Below, in pieces: positions 31,925 to 42,012 of a stretch of DNA of 64,000 nucleotides. Position numbers and translations under genes: made by a program. The stretch is taken from the NCBI GenBank assembly GCA_963674865.2, contig CAXXYE010000011.1, positions 128,001 to 192,000 on the forward strand, in the 5' to 3' direction. The notes below the pieces were generated by a model, which saw nothing but the letters and a program-made list of their open reading frames with translations, was not told the DNA's origin and searched no databases. Position 1 is the stretch's first letter, and each line of letters begins with the position of its first letter. Origin of the DNA: Candidatus Hydrogenedentota bacterium (GTDB lineage Bacteria; Hydrogenedentota; Hydrogenedentia; Hydrogenedentales; SLHB01).

Positions 31925-34441
31925 ATGCAGTATCCAACTACCACCTGTACGAGAACCTTCCTGTGTCTAGTTTTCTCTGCGCTACCGGTAGTCGCACTGG
32001 CCGGTTGCCCACACGGGTGGCCTGCCCGGCCTAGGGCGTCATTCATCGTAACGCCCACAGCCGGCGCGGTGCCCATGGATGTGGCTTTCACCGATACCTC
32101 CAGCTCCGGTAGGTGCGCAATAACGGCTTGGGCCTGGGATTTTGGCGACGGTGAGACGAGTTCGACGCAGAGTCCTTCACACACTTACGCTGTCGCAGGA
32201 ACCTACACGGTTTCCCTCACCGTTACCACCGCCCTCGGCAGAGACAGGGCCACTGCCACGGTTACTGCGCTGGACGTTTGGTATGTGACGGAGGGAGGCG
32301 CTGGGGACGGCTCTTCTTGGGACGAAGCGTTTGGCACCATTCAAGAAGCCGTTGACGCCGCCAGTGCGGCCGGCGGGGGTGATGTCTGGGTGGCCGCCGG
32401 AACCTACACGGCCCTTGACGGGGGTGTTGTTACTATGGCGGAAGACGTTCATCTCTACGGTGGCTTCGCCGGCACCGAGACGGCCCGCGATGAGCGTGAC
32501 TGGGAAGCCAATGCAACCATTGTCGACGGCGAATGCGCCCATTGTTGCGTCATCGGTGCAAGCAATGCCACGCTCGACGCCTTTGTCGTCCAACACGGCT
32601 CTCATTCCAACGGCAACGGCGGTGGGATGTCGAACTATGAGGGCATCTCGCCGACGGTGGCCCATTGCACGTTCCAGAGGAACACGGCCAAGTCCGGAGG
32701 GGGGATGTACAATGGCATGTACTCCTCACCGACGGTGGTTGGCTGTACCTTCTCCGGAAACACGGCTGATGACGGCTACGACGGCGACGGGGGTGGCATG
32801 TTCAGTGATGATCTCTCGTCGCCGACTTTGAGGGAGTGTGTATTCAGCGAGAACTTGGCCACGGGCGACGGTGGCGGTATGTACGCCGCTGGTGCGCCGA
32901 TGTTGTCCAACTGCGTCTTCAGTGAGAACCTGGCTCAGGACCAGGGGGGCAGCGTGTACGTCCCTGCCGAAAGCTCGCCGACGCTGCTCAACTGCACGTT
33001 GAGAGGGAATTCGGCGGGAATCGGCGGCCAGGGAGCGTATAGCGCCGGTTCGCTGACGGTGACCAACTGCATCTTCTGGGGCAATTCAGGCATCGCCTGC
33101 AGCGATGAGATCTGGGATGCCGGTTCCGCGGCGGTGGTGACCTACTCCTGCATCCAGGGGGGCTACGACGGCGAGGGCAACATAGCAAGCGATCCTCTGG
33201 TGACGGATACGGACGGCGACGGGATCTCCGATGGCGACGAAGTGGCGCGGGGGTGGCACCCGGCGCTCGTGTCGGGCATACGGCGCGTGGATGTCGCGAA
33301 CACATCGAGCACGCAGGACGGCCTGTCCTGGGCAACTGCGTTCACGTCGATTCAGGAGGCGATTGACGACGCTGACGCACTCGGCGAGTGCGAGGTATGG
33401 GTGGCCGCTGGTACGTACACATCCCTCGACGGGTGTGTCGTTACCATGGCCGAGAACGTCCATCTCTACGGAGGCTTCGCCGGCACGGAGCAGGCCCGCG
33501 ATGCGCGCGACTGGGAGGCCAACGCGACGATTATCGACGGTGAATTCACCTGTTGCTGCGTCATCGGCGCAGACGATGCAACGCTCGATGGATTTGTCAT
33601 CCAACGTGGAGCCGGCGGGATGCTCAACAGGTACGGCTCCTCACCCACGGTGGCCAATTGTACCTTCAGCGACAACAGAAGAAACTTCGGCGGCGGGATG
33701 TACAACTGGAGAGGCTCCTCGCCGACGGTGATCAATTGCATCTTCAGCGATAATGTGGCCACCTACGGCGAAGGCGGGGCGATGAACAACGAGTTCGGAT
33801 CCTCACCGACAGTGACGAACTGCACGTTTACGGGCAATAGCGCCAACCACGGTGAGGGCGGCGGCGCGATTTTCAGCGGCGATTCCTCGCCCGCTGTGAC
33901 GGGCTGCGCGTTCTTCGGGAACACGGCCGACTACGGCGGCGCGATATCTAGTTGGAAGAGTTCGGCGACGTTCACCAACTGTGTCTTTGCCGGGAACAAC
34001 GCTGATGAAGGTGGGGCGATGCGGAATTACTGGAGTCCCTCGCTTACCTTGATCAACTGCACGTTCTTTGGAAACAAGGCCGCTTACGGCGGAGCGATAC
34101 GGCATTTCGTCAGTGGCTCTCCGGTAGTGACCAACTGCATCCTCTGGGGCGATTCCGCGGCCATCAGGGGCGCCGAAATCGACAATGACAATTATCCCTC
34201 GCCTCCCTGCACGCCGCTCATAACTCATTCGTGCGTACAGGGAGGATACGAAGGTGAGGGCAACATCGCGGATGGTCCGCTCTTTGTGGATGCTGCCAAC
34301 GGCGACTACAGCCTCCAGTCCGGTTCCCCGTGCATTGATACCGGCACGCCCGACGAAGCGCCGGATACCGACATCCTTGGCGTCGCACGCCCGCAGGGCA
34401 GCGGCTACGACATGGGCGCGTATGAGTACGCCGGAAGATAG
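31925..34441 (+). CDS. Lipoprotein with a PKD domain and two right-handed beta-helix modules
   Basis: Lipobox LAGC; WAWDFGDG..PSHTY PKD motif; repeated GGGM...NCTFS.N units; duplicated VWVAAGTY/HLYGGFAGTE module; DMGAYE C-terminus. Confidence 0.85.
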   Translation: MQYPTTTCTRTFLCLVFSALPVVALAGCPHGWPARPRASFIVTPTAGAVPMDVAFTDTSSSGRCAITAWAWDFGDGETSSTQSPSHTYAVAGTYTVSLTVTTALGRDRATATVTALDVWYVTEGGAGDGSSWDEAFGTIQEAVDAASAAGGGDVWVAAGTYTALDGGVVTMAEDVHLYGGFAGTETARDERDWEANATIVDGECAHCCVIGASNATLDAFVVQHGSHSNGNGGGMSNYEGISPTVAHCTFQRNTAKSGGGMYNGMYSSPTVVGCTFSGNTADDGYDGDGGGMFSDDLSSPTLRECVFSENLATGDGGGMYAAGAPMLSNCVFSENLAQDQGGSVYVPAESSPTLLNCTLRGNSAGIGGQGAYSAGSLTVTNCIFWGNSGIACSDEIWDAGSAAVVTYSCIQGGYDGEGNIASDPLVTDTDGDGISDGDEVARGWHPALVSGIRRVDVANTSSTQDGLSWATAFTSIQEAIDDADALGECEVWVAAGTYTSLDGCVVTMAENVHLYGGFAGTEQARDARDWEANATIIDGEFTCCCVIGADDATLDGFVIQRGAGGMLNRYGSSPTVANCTFSDNRRNFGGGMYNWRGSSPTVINCIFSDNVATYGEGGAMNNEFGSSPTVTNCTFTGNSANHGEGGGAIFSGDSSPAVTGCAFFGNTADYGGAISSWKSSATFTNCVFAGNNADEGGAMRNYWSPSLTLINCTFFGNKAAYGGAIRHFVSGSPVVTNCILWGDSAAIRGAEIDNDNYPSPPCTPLITHSCVQGGYEGEGNIADGPLFVDAANGDYSLQSGSPCIDTGTPDEAPDTDILGVARPQGSGYDMGAYEYAGR

Positions 34442-34635
34442 AGAGGATTCCCGGCGGGGAGCGGCTGGTTGAGCCGCGGCCGCTAAGGTGCTGACCTGCG
34501 GCGCCTTCGCATGCGGCGCTATGGCGACTCCGACAGTGGGAACGTGACGGAAGAATGGCGTCGGCCGGGCCGCGTGTGGCATAATACTCAATGTAGCCTA
34601 CGCTTTCACCCAGTTACCCTACCGGCCGACCCCGT

Positions 34636-34990
34636 GGGGGCGACAAGGTTTCGACGGGGGTGATGGAGCGTGAGTTGCGTGCCGAGGACCCCGGTGGCCT
34701 CGTAAAAAACCGGGAAAAACATAACTGCCAATCAACCATTGGCAATGGCGGCCTAACTTAGGCTACCCGTCTTACCTCTGATTGCCTGCTAGGGGGATAA
34801 GGCGCCGACAGCGGGCCTCGACGTTGGAGCGCGACGGAGACTCCCTCGAAGAGTACCGACTCCGCCTAGCGGCCTGAAATAGCGAGCCCGACGCGATTCC
34901 AGGCGGCGAATCCTAAAGGACGGGCTACGCACGTAGATGCTCACGTAACCACGCTTCCGGACGCGGGTTCGATTCCCGCCGCCTCCACCA
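34636..34990 (+). ncRNA. ssrA: tmRNA; tag peptide (A)ANQPLAMAA* encoded at 34727-34756
   Basis: 5' GGGGGCGA...TTCGAC; ATAACT-GCC resume signal; 3' GGTTCGATTCCCGCCGCCTCCACCA T-arm and acceptor stem. Confidence 0.95.
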
Positions 34991-34991
34991 T
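34968..34991 (+). repeat. att core 1 (tmRNA 3' end)
   Basis: TTCGATTCCCGCCGCCTCCACCAT. Confidence 0.9.
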
Positions 34992-35661
34992 AGTTAACCA
35001 GTATAGTGTCTACAAAAGAGCCAAGCGGGCTTGGCTGAAAGCGGCGTCGTTGCACATCCCATCGAGGCGCCCTTTTCAGCACGGGAGCAAAACGGGAGCA
35101 TTCCAGGCGACGGCGCCATGCGTGTTCGCGCCGAACATTTTTCGCCGTGCCGTCCGTTTCCAAGCATATTCCTGACAATTCCGGTCGGCCAGGCGCTTTC
35201 CCCCGCCATCCCTCAACTTCCGTCTCCCCTAATCCCTTGCTGTTCTTGATCTTACATTTGTGCGTCCGGCGAGGGGTGATAGCCCGGGTCAGCCAGCACG
35301 GTTTGGAGAGCGAAGCGTTGGCCTTACCGGGCGACGGGCCGGAATCCACAATCGCGTAGCTGCATGTCGCACGTCTTGCTGATTCCCGCGTCCCCTGGTC
35401 TCGACTAGAGACACGGCCCTACGATGTAGTTCGTCAACGCGGCAATCAGTGGGAATCGTGTCGGCGCAGGAATGGCTCCACTGATTCGGCGATCTACCGG
35501 AAGGAACGATATTCCCCCGCCGTTGCTTGCTTCCGCGCATTTGGATTGAGCCGCGATTCGTGTGCGATAATTGTTGCGCATGGGAGATCATGCGCGGTGC
35601 GCGAAACCGTCCAGAACCAGTGGCGAGCCCCTGGGTACCGTGAGAGACAGGAGGAAGCCGA

Positions 35662-35934
35662 GTGCCAACGATTTCAGTGTTCTACGGCATTCTGATCCGG
35701 ATGTTCTTTCATGACACGGACAAGCATCATCTGCCGCACATTCATGCGGATTACCAGGGAGAGGTCGCCGTGTATTCGATCGAGGATGGCAGCGTGCTGG
35801 CAGGCAACCTGCCGCCGCAGAAGCACAAGCTGGTTGTTGCCTGGATCGAGATACACAAGGAAGACTTGATGGCGGATTGGGAACTGGCCGTGAACGGCCA
35901 GAATCCGTTGCCCATCCGAGGACTGGATCAATGA
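35662..35934 (+). CDS. DUF4160-family protein (putative toxin)
   Basis: MPTIS.FYGI.I.M...H..PHIHA.Y...LV.AW.E.HKEDL..W. Confidence 0.88.
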   Translation: MPTISVFYGILIRMFFHDTDKHHLPHIHADYQGEVAVYSIEDGSVLAGNLPPQKHKLVVAWIEIHKEDLMADWELAVNGQNPLPIRGLDQ

Positions 35935-36167
35935 AGATAGCAGAAGTCACATCGCGGGAAGACGGCACCCTGCACGTGCTCGCCGAAGACGGGCGTGTCG
36001 GGACCTTTGATGTTCGTCCCTATCTGGAATCGCCTGCCTTCTTGCCATTGAAGGACTGGGCTGAGTTCTCTCAGGTTCGCAATGGCGGCTACTATGTCGA
36101 ATGGCGCTGCGGGGCCGATCTGTCCGCCGATACGATCGAGGCGCGTTGGCAAGAAAGTGCCGCGTAA
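35931..36167 (+). CDS. DUF2442-family protein (putative antitoxin)
   Basis: ATGA-coupled to DUF4160; FDVRPYL...F.PL...W..GADLSADT. Confidence 0.85.
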   Translation: MKIAEVTSREDGTLHVLAEDGRVGTFDVRPYLESPAFLPLKDWAEFSQVRNGGYYVEWRCGADLSADTIEARWQESAA

Positions 36168-36379
36168 GACCTCGAGAGCCCCCGGCTCTTGACAATCGCA
36201 GGTAGGAGGGTGTGGGCTGCGCCATCGGCCGCCAGATGGCACTTCCCGAGGCCAAGTCGGATTCCCTGCGTATCGATTGGCCCGGCGTGACAGCGGGAGT
36301 AAGCACCAACCTGTCAGCAAGGTTAGCTGTTGATGCGGATTGACCTACTGCTGTTTGCTCCGGTCTGACGCTTGTGGCT

Positions 36380-37279
36380 CTACTCCCGTGTGCCCTTCCT
36401 CATCCGTTCCGGCCTCGTTTCCGCTCGCCGCACTTTCTTGAAAGGCCAGCATTCGATGGGGATGCGCTCAAGGTCATCTACGGGGATTGGGACAAGCATG
36501 ATGTCGTCAGCATTACCGGGGTCCCGCTCGCAAGCGCATCCGCGGGGATTGCCGCGATACGTGTCGAGAAGCACGATCACGGAACGCCCTACGTCCTTTT
36601 GAAGTCCCCTTAGAGAATCCATCCGTGTTCCGGCTGTAACCGGAGGCGTGACCACGCGGAAATACAGCGTCCCCGGGCCATCGACAGCGCATAGCATTGT
36701 CTGAGCAGGTCCGACATGATTCGGCTGTGTCGGCAAAGGCTTCTCGTCGAACAGGAAAACCCGGACCCTGCATTTTCGGGCGAGTCGCTTGATTTGGGGC
36801 AGATCGCGCAGATACCACAGGGCCAGCTGCGATGTCTCTTCGTCGTAGCTGGCGTTCGCATCCGTTTGGGGTTGCGGTCCGATGAAACCCCATTGCCGCA
36901 TCCACAAGGATACGGTCATCGCCGTGACCGAAAGGCCGAAGTCTCGAAGCAACAACGCGCGAATTGCCTGATTGCTCCACAGCTCTGTGCCAAACGCCCT
37001 TTCCTTGGGCGTGCAGCTGCAGACCGCGTCGAAGAGCCGCCGCTTCTCCGTGTCCGTGAGCAGGCCCGTTCCGAATGGTCTCCCACGGGGTTGCGAGGAA
37101 AGCGCTTGGGCGCCGCCCGAGCGATAGGCCCGCATCCACCTGGCCACCGCCGAGCGGGAAACAGCAAGCTCACGGGCAGTTTCCGTCTGCGGTTTGCCAC
37201 TCCTGACAAGAAGCACAGCCTTCTTGCGGAGCAGCGCTTGCTCACGTCGGCTGAGCTTTCGTGCATCTCCTCTCTTCAC
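36380..37279 (-). CDS. IS630-transposase-derived HTH protein, copy 1
   Basis: DARKLS, tandem HTH and winged-helix (LWS...L....G), shortened catalytic region; no terminal repeats found. Confidence 0.7.
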   Translation of the reverse strand: MKRGDARKLSRREQALLRKKAVLLVRSGKPQTETARELAVSRSAVARWMRAYRSGGAQALSSQPRGRPFGTGLLTDTEKRRLFDAVCSCTPKERAFGTELWSNQAIRALLLRDFGLSVTAMTVSLWMRQWGFIGPQPQTDANASYDEETSQLALWYLRDLPQIKRLARKCRVRVFLFDEKPLPTQPNHVGPAQTMLCAVDGPGTLYFRVVTPPVTAGTRMDSLRGLQKDVGRSVIVLLDTYRGNPRGCACERDPGNADDIMLVPIPVDDLERIPIECWPFKKVRRAETRPERMRKGTRE

Positions 37280-37475
37280 GAACCCAGCATAGCGTACTGA
37301 CTTGCAGCATGTCTACTATATAATTTTGCATCTCGCCATTGCTTGTGTGCCTTGGTCTCCCTAAGCCCTTACGTTGAAGTCGCTTGTGGCGTTCCAGGGA
37401 GACGGACGAAGCTATGTTGTAGAGACACACGGCGCATGCGGGCAATGACATTCTGGCCTGGAAGGGAGAAGACAC
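37280..37475. promoter_or_regulatory. Conserved 196-bp divergent control region, copy 1
   Basis: Gap-free alignment with 48541-48736; identical 25-mer at 37308-37332; minus-strand TAGACA-N18-TATGCT-N6-start codon. Confidence 0.7.
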
Positions 37476-38330
37476 GTGAGGGAAGCGACACGGAATCGCC
37501 TTAGGATCACACACGTGAATCCAAGGGCACTCAAACCTTGGGAAGAGAATCCGCGACTCAACGACGAGGCGGTTGAACCCGTTGCGCGGAGCATCAAGCG
37601 GTTCGGCTTCAACGTCCCCATCGTCTGTGACACAGAGCTTCGAATCATAGCTGGGCACACCCGCTGGCTGGCAGCCCAAAGGCTGCAACTCAAGACCGTG
37701 CCCGTTGTGCGGCTGGAGATTGAGAATTCGGATGCGATCGCATTTTCCATTGCGGACAACCGGTTGTCGCAGATCGCCGAATGGGATCACGACAGCCTTC
37801 GCAGAGTGCTGGAAGCCCTGCGGGACGAAGACATCGCACTCTCAGATCTTGGCTTTTCTGAACTTGACTTGCGTCGCATATTTCAGGATCTTCGGGAAGA
37901 CGAATTGCCGGAATCCTGCGCACCTGAGGTCGCGGAGATGCAGCTCGGGGACAGAAGTCTCTTGGGACGGCATACGCTTTACTGCGCGAACTCGTGCAGA
38001 CAGAACGCGGCGGTGGACTCGATTGAAGCAGAGACCATTTCTCTCTGCTTTGCCGGGCCTCCGTGCTTCAACCAGCGTGGTCTTGGCCAGTGGGAGAGTA
38101 TTCTGGATTATAATGCAGACATGATGGAGGTCATGAAGACAATCTCAAGAAGCCTGAAACAAGGGGGCATTTGCGTCTGGCACGTCGGCAACGACAGCAG
38201 TAATCATTGCGATCTCATGGGAACGCACTCGGGACTCCTGGAAAAGGCCGGTCTCCAGTATCTGGACACATTGATTTGGGCCAAGAGTACACCCAATTAC
38301 GGAACGAAGCGAAGCAGGCATATTCAAACA

Positions 38331-39561
38331 CTAAGTGATCCCCAGTTTTGCGATAGGTGCATGAATAAGGGCCAAACACGAGTTTCCGACCTGTATACTG
38401 GCGAAAGTCGACCAAAACCGTCGTCAGCAGGAGGATTTTTCATGTTTGGCCCGAGCAAGATTATGAAGTGGTTCGACCGGAATCTGCAAGAGGTGCGACG
38501 GTCGCGACGCAAGACGCTGGCCCATATCGCGGCAGGAGCCATGAAGATGAAAGGGGTCGGCGTGTTGGCGTTGGGACGCGCCATGGATGGCCCGGCACTC
38601 GCAAAGCACCGTATTAAAAGGGTGGATCGCTTCTTAGGCAATGAGCAGGTGGAAGCCTTCGCCATTGCCAAGGCGTTGTTCAACATCCTGCGAGGCCAAG
38701 ACCGACGGCCCTTGGTCCTGGTCGATTGGACGGATCGCGGTGCCTTCGAACAACTGGTTCTCTCCATTCCCCAAGACGGCCGCTCTATGCCGTTCCACGC
38801 CATCTCCATCGATTCGACCAAATTCGGGACGGAAAGTGAAGGGGCTCTCATCCAAGCTGAACGAGAGATTCTGCGAGACCTGCACGCCATGTGTCCGCCC
38901 GGCGTGACTCCGATTATCGTGGCCGACCGGGGCTTCGGAAACGAGCGCTGGATACGCGATGTCACAAACTGGGGATGGTGCTTTGTGCAGCGTCTGTCCA
39001 AGAATCATTGGGTCGAAACCGAGCACCACATCGGCACCCTCCCCGAACTGGGGATACGGCGAGGCTATCGCCCCAAAGACTGGGGCTGGGGCACGATGGG
39101 AGAAAAGGACGCCGACAACAAGACGCCCTTTCGGCTGGTCACCGTCTTCGGTTGGGAGGCCGACGAGCCGTGGTATCTCATTACAAACATTGAAGATCGC
39201 GAGGCCCGGGCCATCACATCCATCTACGCGAAGCGCTGGTGGACTGAAATGATGTTTCGAGATCTGAAGAACCGCAAATGGGGGCTCGGCATGGACGAAG
39301 TGAAACTCACCTCCCGCCAGCGCACCGCTGTGCACTTCATCATCGTCATGCTTGCCTTCATTCTTCTGTGCGCCTTCGGCGCCTTCGCCGAAACCAAAGA
39401 CTTCGGCGAACAACTCAAAGCAAACACCGCCGAGAACAGAGCCCTCTCCCTCGCCGCCACAGGAAACCACTTCATCGAATTCATCGGACGAACCACCGTT
39501 GCTATGGCCATCGCTAGATTGGTCTACGCACCTACATAGAACCAAACTGGGGAGTACTCAG
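38331..39561 (+). mobile_element. IS4-family insertion sequence (IS10-like), 1231 bp
   Basis: 9-bp TSD ATTCAAACA (38322-38330, 39562-39570); imperfect TIRs CTAAGTGATCCCCAGTTT / CTGAGTACTCCCCAGTTT. Confidence 0.92.
38442..39539 (+). CDS. IS4-family DDE transposase
   Basis: IKRVDRFLGN, VDWT, ADRGF, Y.KRW..E..FRDLK (YREK); GGAGG RBS. Confidence 0.92.
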   Translation: MFGPSKIMKWFDRNLQEVRRSRRKTLAHIAAGAMKMKGVGVLALGRAMDGPALAKHRIKRVDRFLGNEQVEAFAIAKALFNILRGQDRRPLVLVDWTDRGAFEQLVLSIPQDGRSMPFHAISIDSTKFGTESEGALIQAEREILRDLHAMCPPGVTPIIVADRGFGNERWIRDVTNWGWCFVQRLSKNHWVETEHHIGTLPELGIRRGYRPKDWGWGTMGEKDADNKTPFRLVTVFGWEADEPWYLITNIEDREARAITSIYAKRWWTEMMFRDLKNRKWGLGMDEVKLTSRQRTAVHFIIVMLAFILLCAFGAFAETKDFGEQLKANTAENRALSLAATGNHFIEFIGRTTVAMAIARLVYAPT

Positions 39562-39937
39562 ATTCAAACAAGCCGACACTACTACCCCGCCTTTCAGTGG
39601 GAGGGGCTGCTCGTGTATCAGAAGCCCGGCCCGATGCCCAAGATGGCCAAAGAGGCAGCAGACTACATGATGGATTATCACACAAATCTGTGGGAGATTC
39701 CGACGTTGACCAACCAAGCTCGTTCCTTGGGGCATCCAGCGGCTTGCCCTGTTGAGCTTGTCTACCGATGTATACTGGCTTACTCACGCCCGGGGGACCG
39801 GGTCTTGGATCCCTTTGGTGGTTCAGGAACAACGCTGGTTGCAGCAGAGAAGGCGGGGCGAACGTCGGTACTCATCGAGGTGAACCCGGCGTTCTGCGAC
39901 GCGATAATCCACCGCTGGAAGAAGTTGTTCGCGAAAA

Positions 39938-40924
39938 ATGAGTGAGGCCTACGCGGAGATGATAATTGAACATGTGCATCGCAAGTCCGCGGTCCTGACT
40001 CCGTCGGACCTCCCATGCTTGAAGGGTGTGTGCAGTGTAAACATCAGCTCAGGCTGCGCTCACGGGTGCGTCTACTGCTACTCGAGGTCGTACAGCCAGG
40101 CGCCGCCAGAAGGAACGGTTCGTTTCTATGTAAATGCACTGGAAAAGACGAAGGCCGAATGGCCGCGGAAACGGAAGAAGCCGGAACGCGTCTACTTCTG
40201 TCCTTCCTCCGACCTGTTTCAACCCGTGCCGGAAATCCTTGCCGCGGCGTACGAGATGCTGGCCTTCATTCTGGAGCAGGGCGCGCGGGTGGCCATTACC
40301 ACGAAGGGCCGGATCCCCGAACGACATCTGGCGCTACTGTCTGAAAACGCAGATCGTGTTCATGTGCAGGTGGGGCTTATTACACACCGGGACGATGTTA
40401 GCGCGGTACTCGAGCCACATGCTGCGTCGGTTTCTGCGCGCATAGCACAGGCGAAGCGGCTGCGGGAAGCGGGTGTGGCGGTCAAACTGCGTATTGCACC
40501 GATCCTGCCCGGCGTCACCGATGACGATGAGAGCTTGTCTGCCTTGTGCGAAATCGCTACGCGATGCGGGATAACGGATGTCATCATCAACGCGCTGCAT
40601 CTGCGGCCGGTGATCCGGCGTTCGCTCGAGCGCAAGCTGCCGCCGGAAATGCTTCACCGGCTCTTGGCGCGGTATGAGAACGCCGAACCGTTGCGTGTCT
40701 TCGGGCGCTACAGTCAAACGCCACTACCGGCGGGCGAACGAATAGCGCTTTTCAAGCGCGCAAAGCGAATCGCTGAAGAACATGGACTTCGGGCACATGT
40801 GTGCGGGTGCATGAATCCGGACATCAGCAAGGAGCGCTGTTTCCTCGCAGGCGAGGAACGACCTGCCGCGCGCGAAGAAGCAACGCAGATGACTCTGTTC
40901 AACGAGTCGGGGGAGGACGTATGA
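39938..40924 (+). CDS. Radical SAM protein of the SPL/DNA-repair-photolyase-like group, with C-terminal QMTLF
   Basis: GCAHGCVYCY, SDLFQP, ITTKG, IAPILPGVTD; overlaps the MTase stop codon. Confidence 0.88.
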   Translation: MSEAYAEMIIEHVHRKSAVLTPSDLPCLKGVCSVNISSGCAHGCVYCYSRSYSQAPPEGTVRFYVNALEKTKAEWPRKRKKPERVYFCPSSDLFQPVPEILAAAYEMLAFILEQGARVAITTKGRIPERHLALLSENADRVHVQVGLITHRDDVSAVLEPHAASVSARIAQAKRLREAGVAVKLRIAPILPGVTDDDESLSALCEIATRCGITDVIINALHLRPVIRRSLERKLPPEMLHRLLARYENAEPLRVFGRYSQTPLPAGERIALFKRAKRIAEEHGLRAHVCGCMNPDISKERCFLAGEERPAAREEATQMTLFNESGEDV

Positions 40925-41316
40925 GGAAGGACAAATGGTTGGAGACCCTTGAGCAATTCAAGAGTGATGAGCGGCCGGAATGCGTCTTGCTCGTCTCCGG
41001 AAGCCCGTCGCTCATCCGGATCGTTGTGGCCTGGATGGGCATGCCGGTTGAGCGCCGAAGGCGCTTGACCGTTCAGCCGGAAGACAGGGAGCAACAATGG
41101 GAGTGGCTCTGGCAGAACACCGTGTACTCACCGGAGAGATTTGTGGGGCGTCTGCCGTTCTCCGACAAAGACGTCGAGCAGAAACTGCGCGGATTGATTG
41201 CGAATAAGGTGCTGTATCCCGATGGAACGGTTAACGGCTATGTTGAGCGTTTTCTTCGGGCTCGAATTGTGAAGAGCCTTTCGAGCGCGGGGCATCGGCT
41301 TCGCAAGGCCGGTTGA
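40921..41316 (+). CDS. Hypothetical protein (131 aa) coupled to the radical SAM gene
   Basis: GGAGG RBS and ATGA overlap with the upstream stop. Confidence 0.75.
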   Translation: MRKDKWLETLEQFKSDERPECVLLVSGSPSLIRIVVAWMGMPVERRRRLTVQPEDREQQWEWLWQNTVYSPERFVGRLPFSDKDVEQKLRGLIANKVLYPDGTVNGYVERFLRARIVKSLSSAGHRLRKAG

Positions 41317-41536
41317 GCGCAGTGGCTACGGGTCAATTGCAGCGGACTTGAAGCACGTTGAGGCAGCAGAGCGTTGCGTTCGCGCGGGAGCAAAACGGGA
41401 GCATTTTGAGACAATAACGTGCGCAAGTGTGATAAGTCGTGATAAAACCTGAGACTCACGGAAGTTCTTACAAAACAGCGTCTTAGGCCGTATCTCATAG
41501 CTTGTCAAGGGGTTACGAAAACACCCCTTCCCCGGC

Positions 41537-41557
41537 TTCGATTCCCGCCGCCTCCAC
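41537..41557 (+). repeat. att core 2
   Basis: 21-bp perfect copy of the tmRNA 3' end, TTCGATTCCCGCCGCCTCCAC. Confidence 0.9.
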
Positions 41558-42012
41558 TATAAGTATATGTGACTAAAAGAGTTACGACGATTCTGTTCAG
41601 ATCGTCTCGCCAAATCAGCGAGTCTCATATCTCCTTCTATTCCAAGTATTTGCGCGATTAGCGACGAACCATGACGCGGATGAAGGACGGTGAGGAAGCA
41701 CAAAATCAGCATAACGGATTCCGGTGCCTTCTTGTAAATAGTTATCTTCCCAAGGTTTACCCCATGCGGGGCTCCTGCTTCGCGTCTAGGTCACTCAAGA
41801 AACAAGATTCATAAAACATCGTATAACAATAGGTTAAGCTGATAGGGTCATCTGCTGAATGCCCGCTGCCTCCCGTCATTCCGTTGTGTCGTCCGGTACC
41901 GTATAATCGAGACGGGATATGCATGCTGGCGTGCCGTGTGGTGACGGAGAAGAAGGCAGCTACGGCACAGGTTAAGCGAAACGGCCAAACAGGCGTCCAA
42001 TGAGGAACAGCC

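Larger units (their letters stand above)
37476..39945 (+). pseudogene. ParB-N / N4-N6 (beta-class) DNA methyltransferase fusion, copy 1, interrupted by an IS (409 aa when reconstructed)
   Basis: ParB motifs NPR, SI..FGF..PI, IIAGH.R; AGPPCF; after the IS, HPA..P and VLDPFGGSGTT; removing the IS and one TSD restores the frame. Confidence 0.9.
34992..41557. mobile_element. tmRNA island 1 (no integrase)
   Basis: Bounded by att copies at 34968 and 41537; identical 21-mer CGGGAGCAAAACGGGAGCATT near both ends. Confidence 0.8.

Noticed and set aside
32600..34150. Periodic GGCGG..ATG repeats as a possible CRISPR array or DGR template
   Set aside because: These are coding beta-helix repeats that vary at synonymous positions; there is no reverse transcriptase and no adenine-specific variation
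37476..39539. 687-aa ORF as a genuine evolved ParB-MTase-transposase protein
   Set aside because: TIRs and a perfect 9-bp TSD show a recent IS insertion
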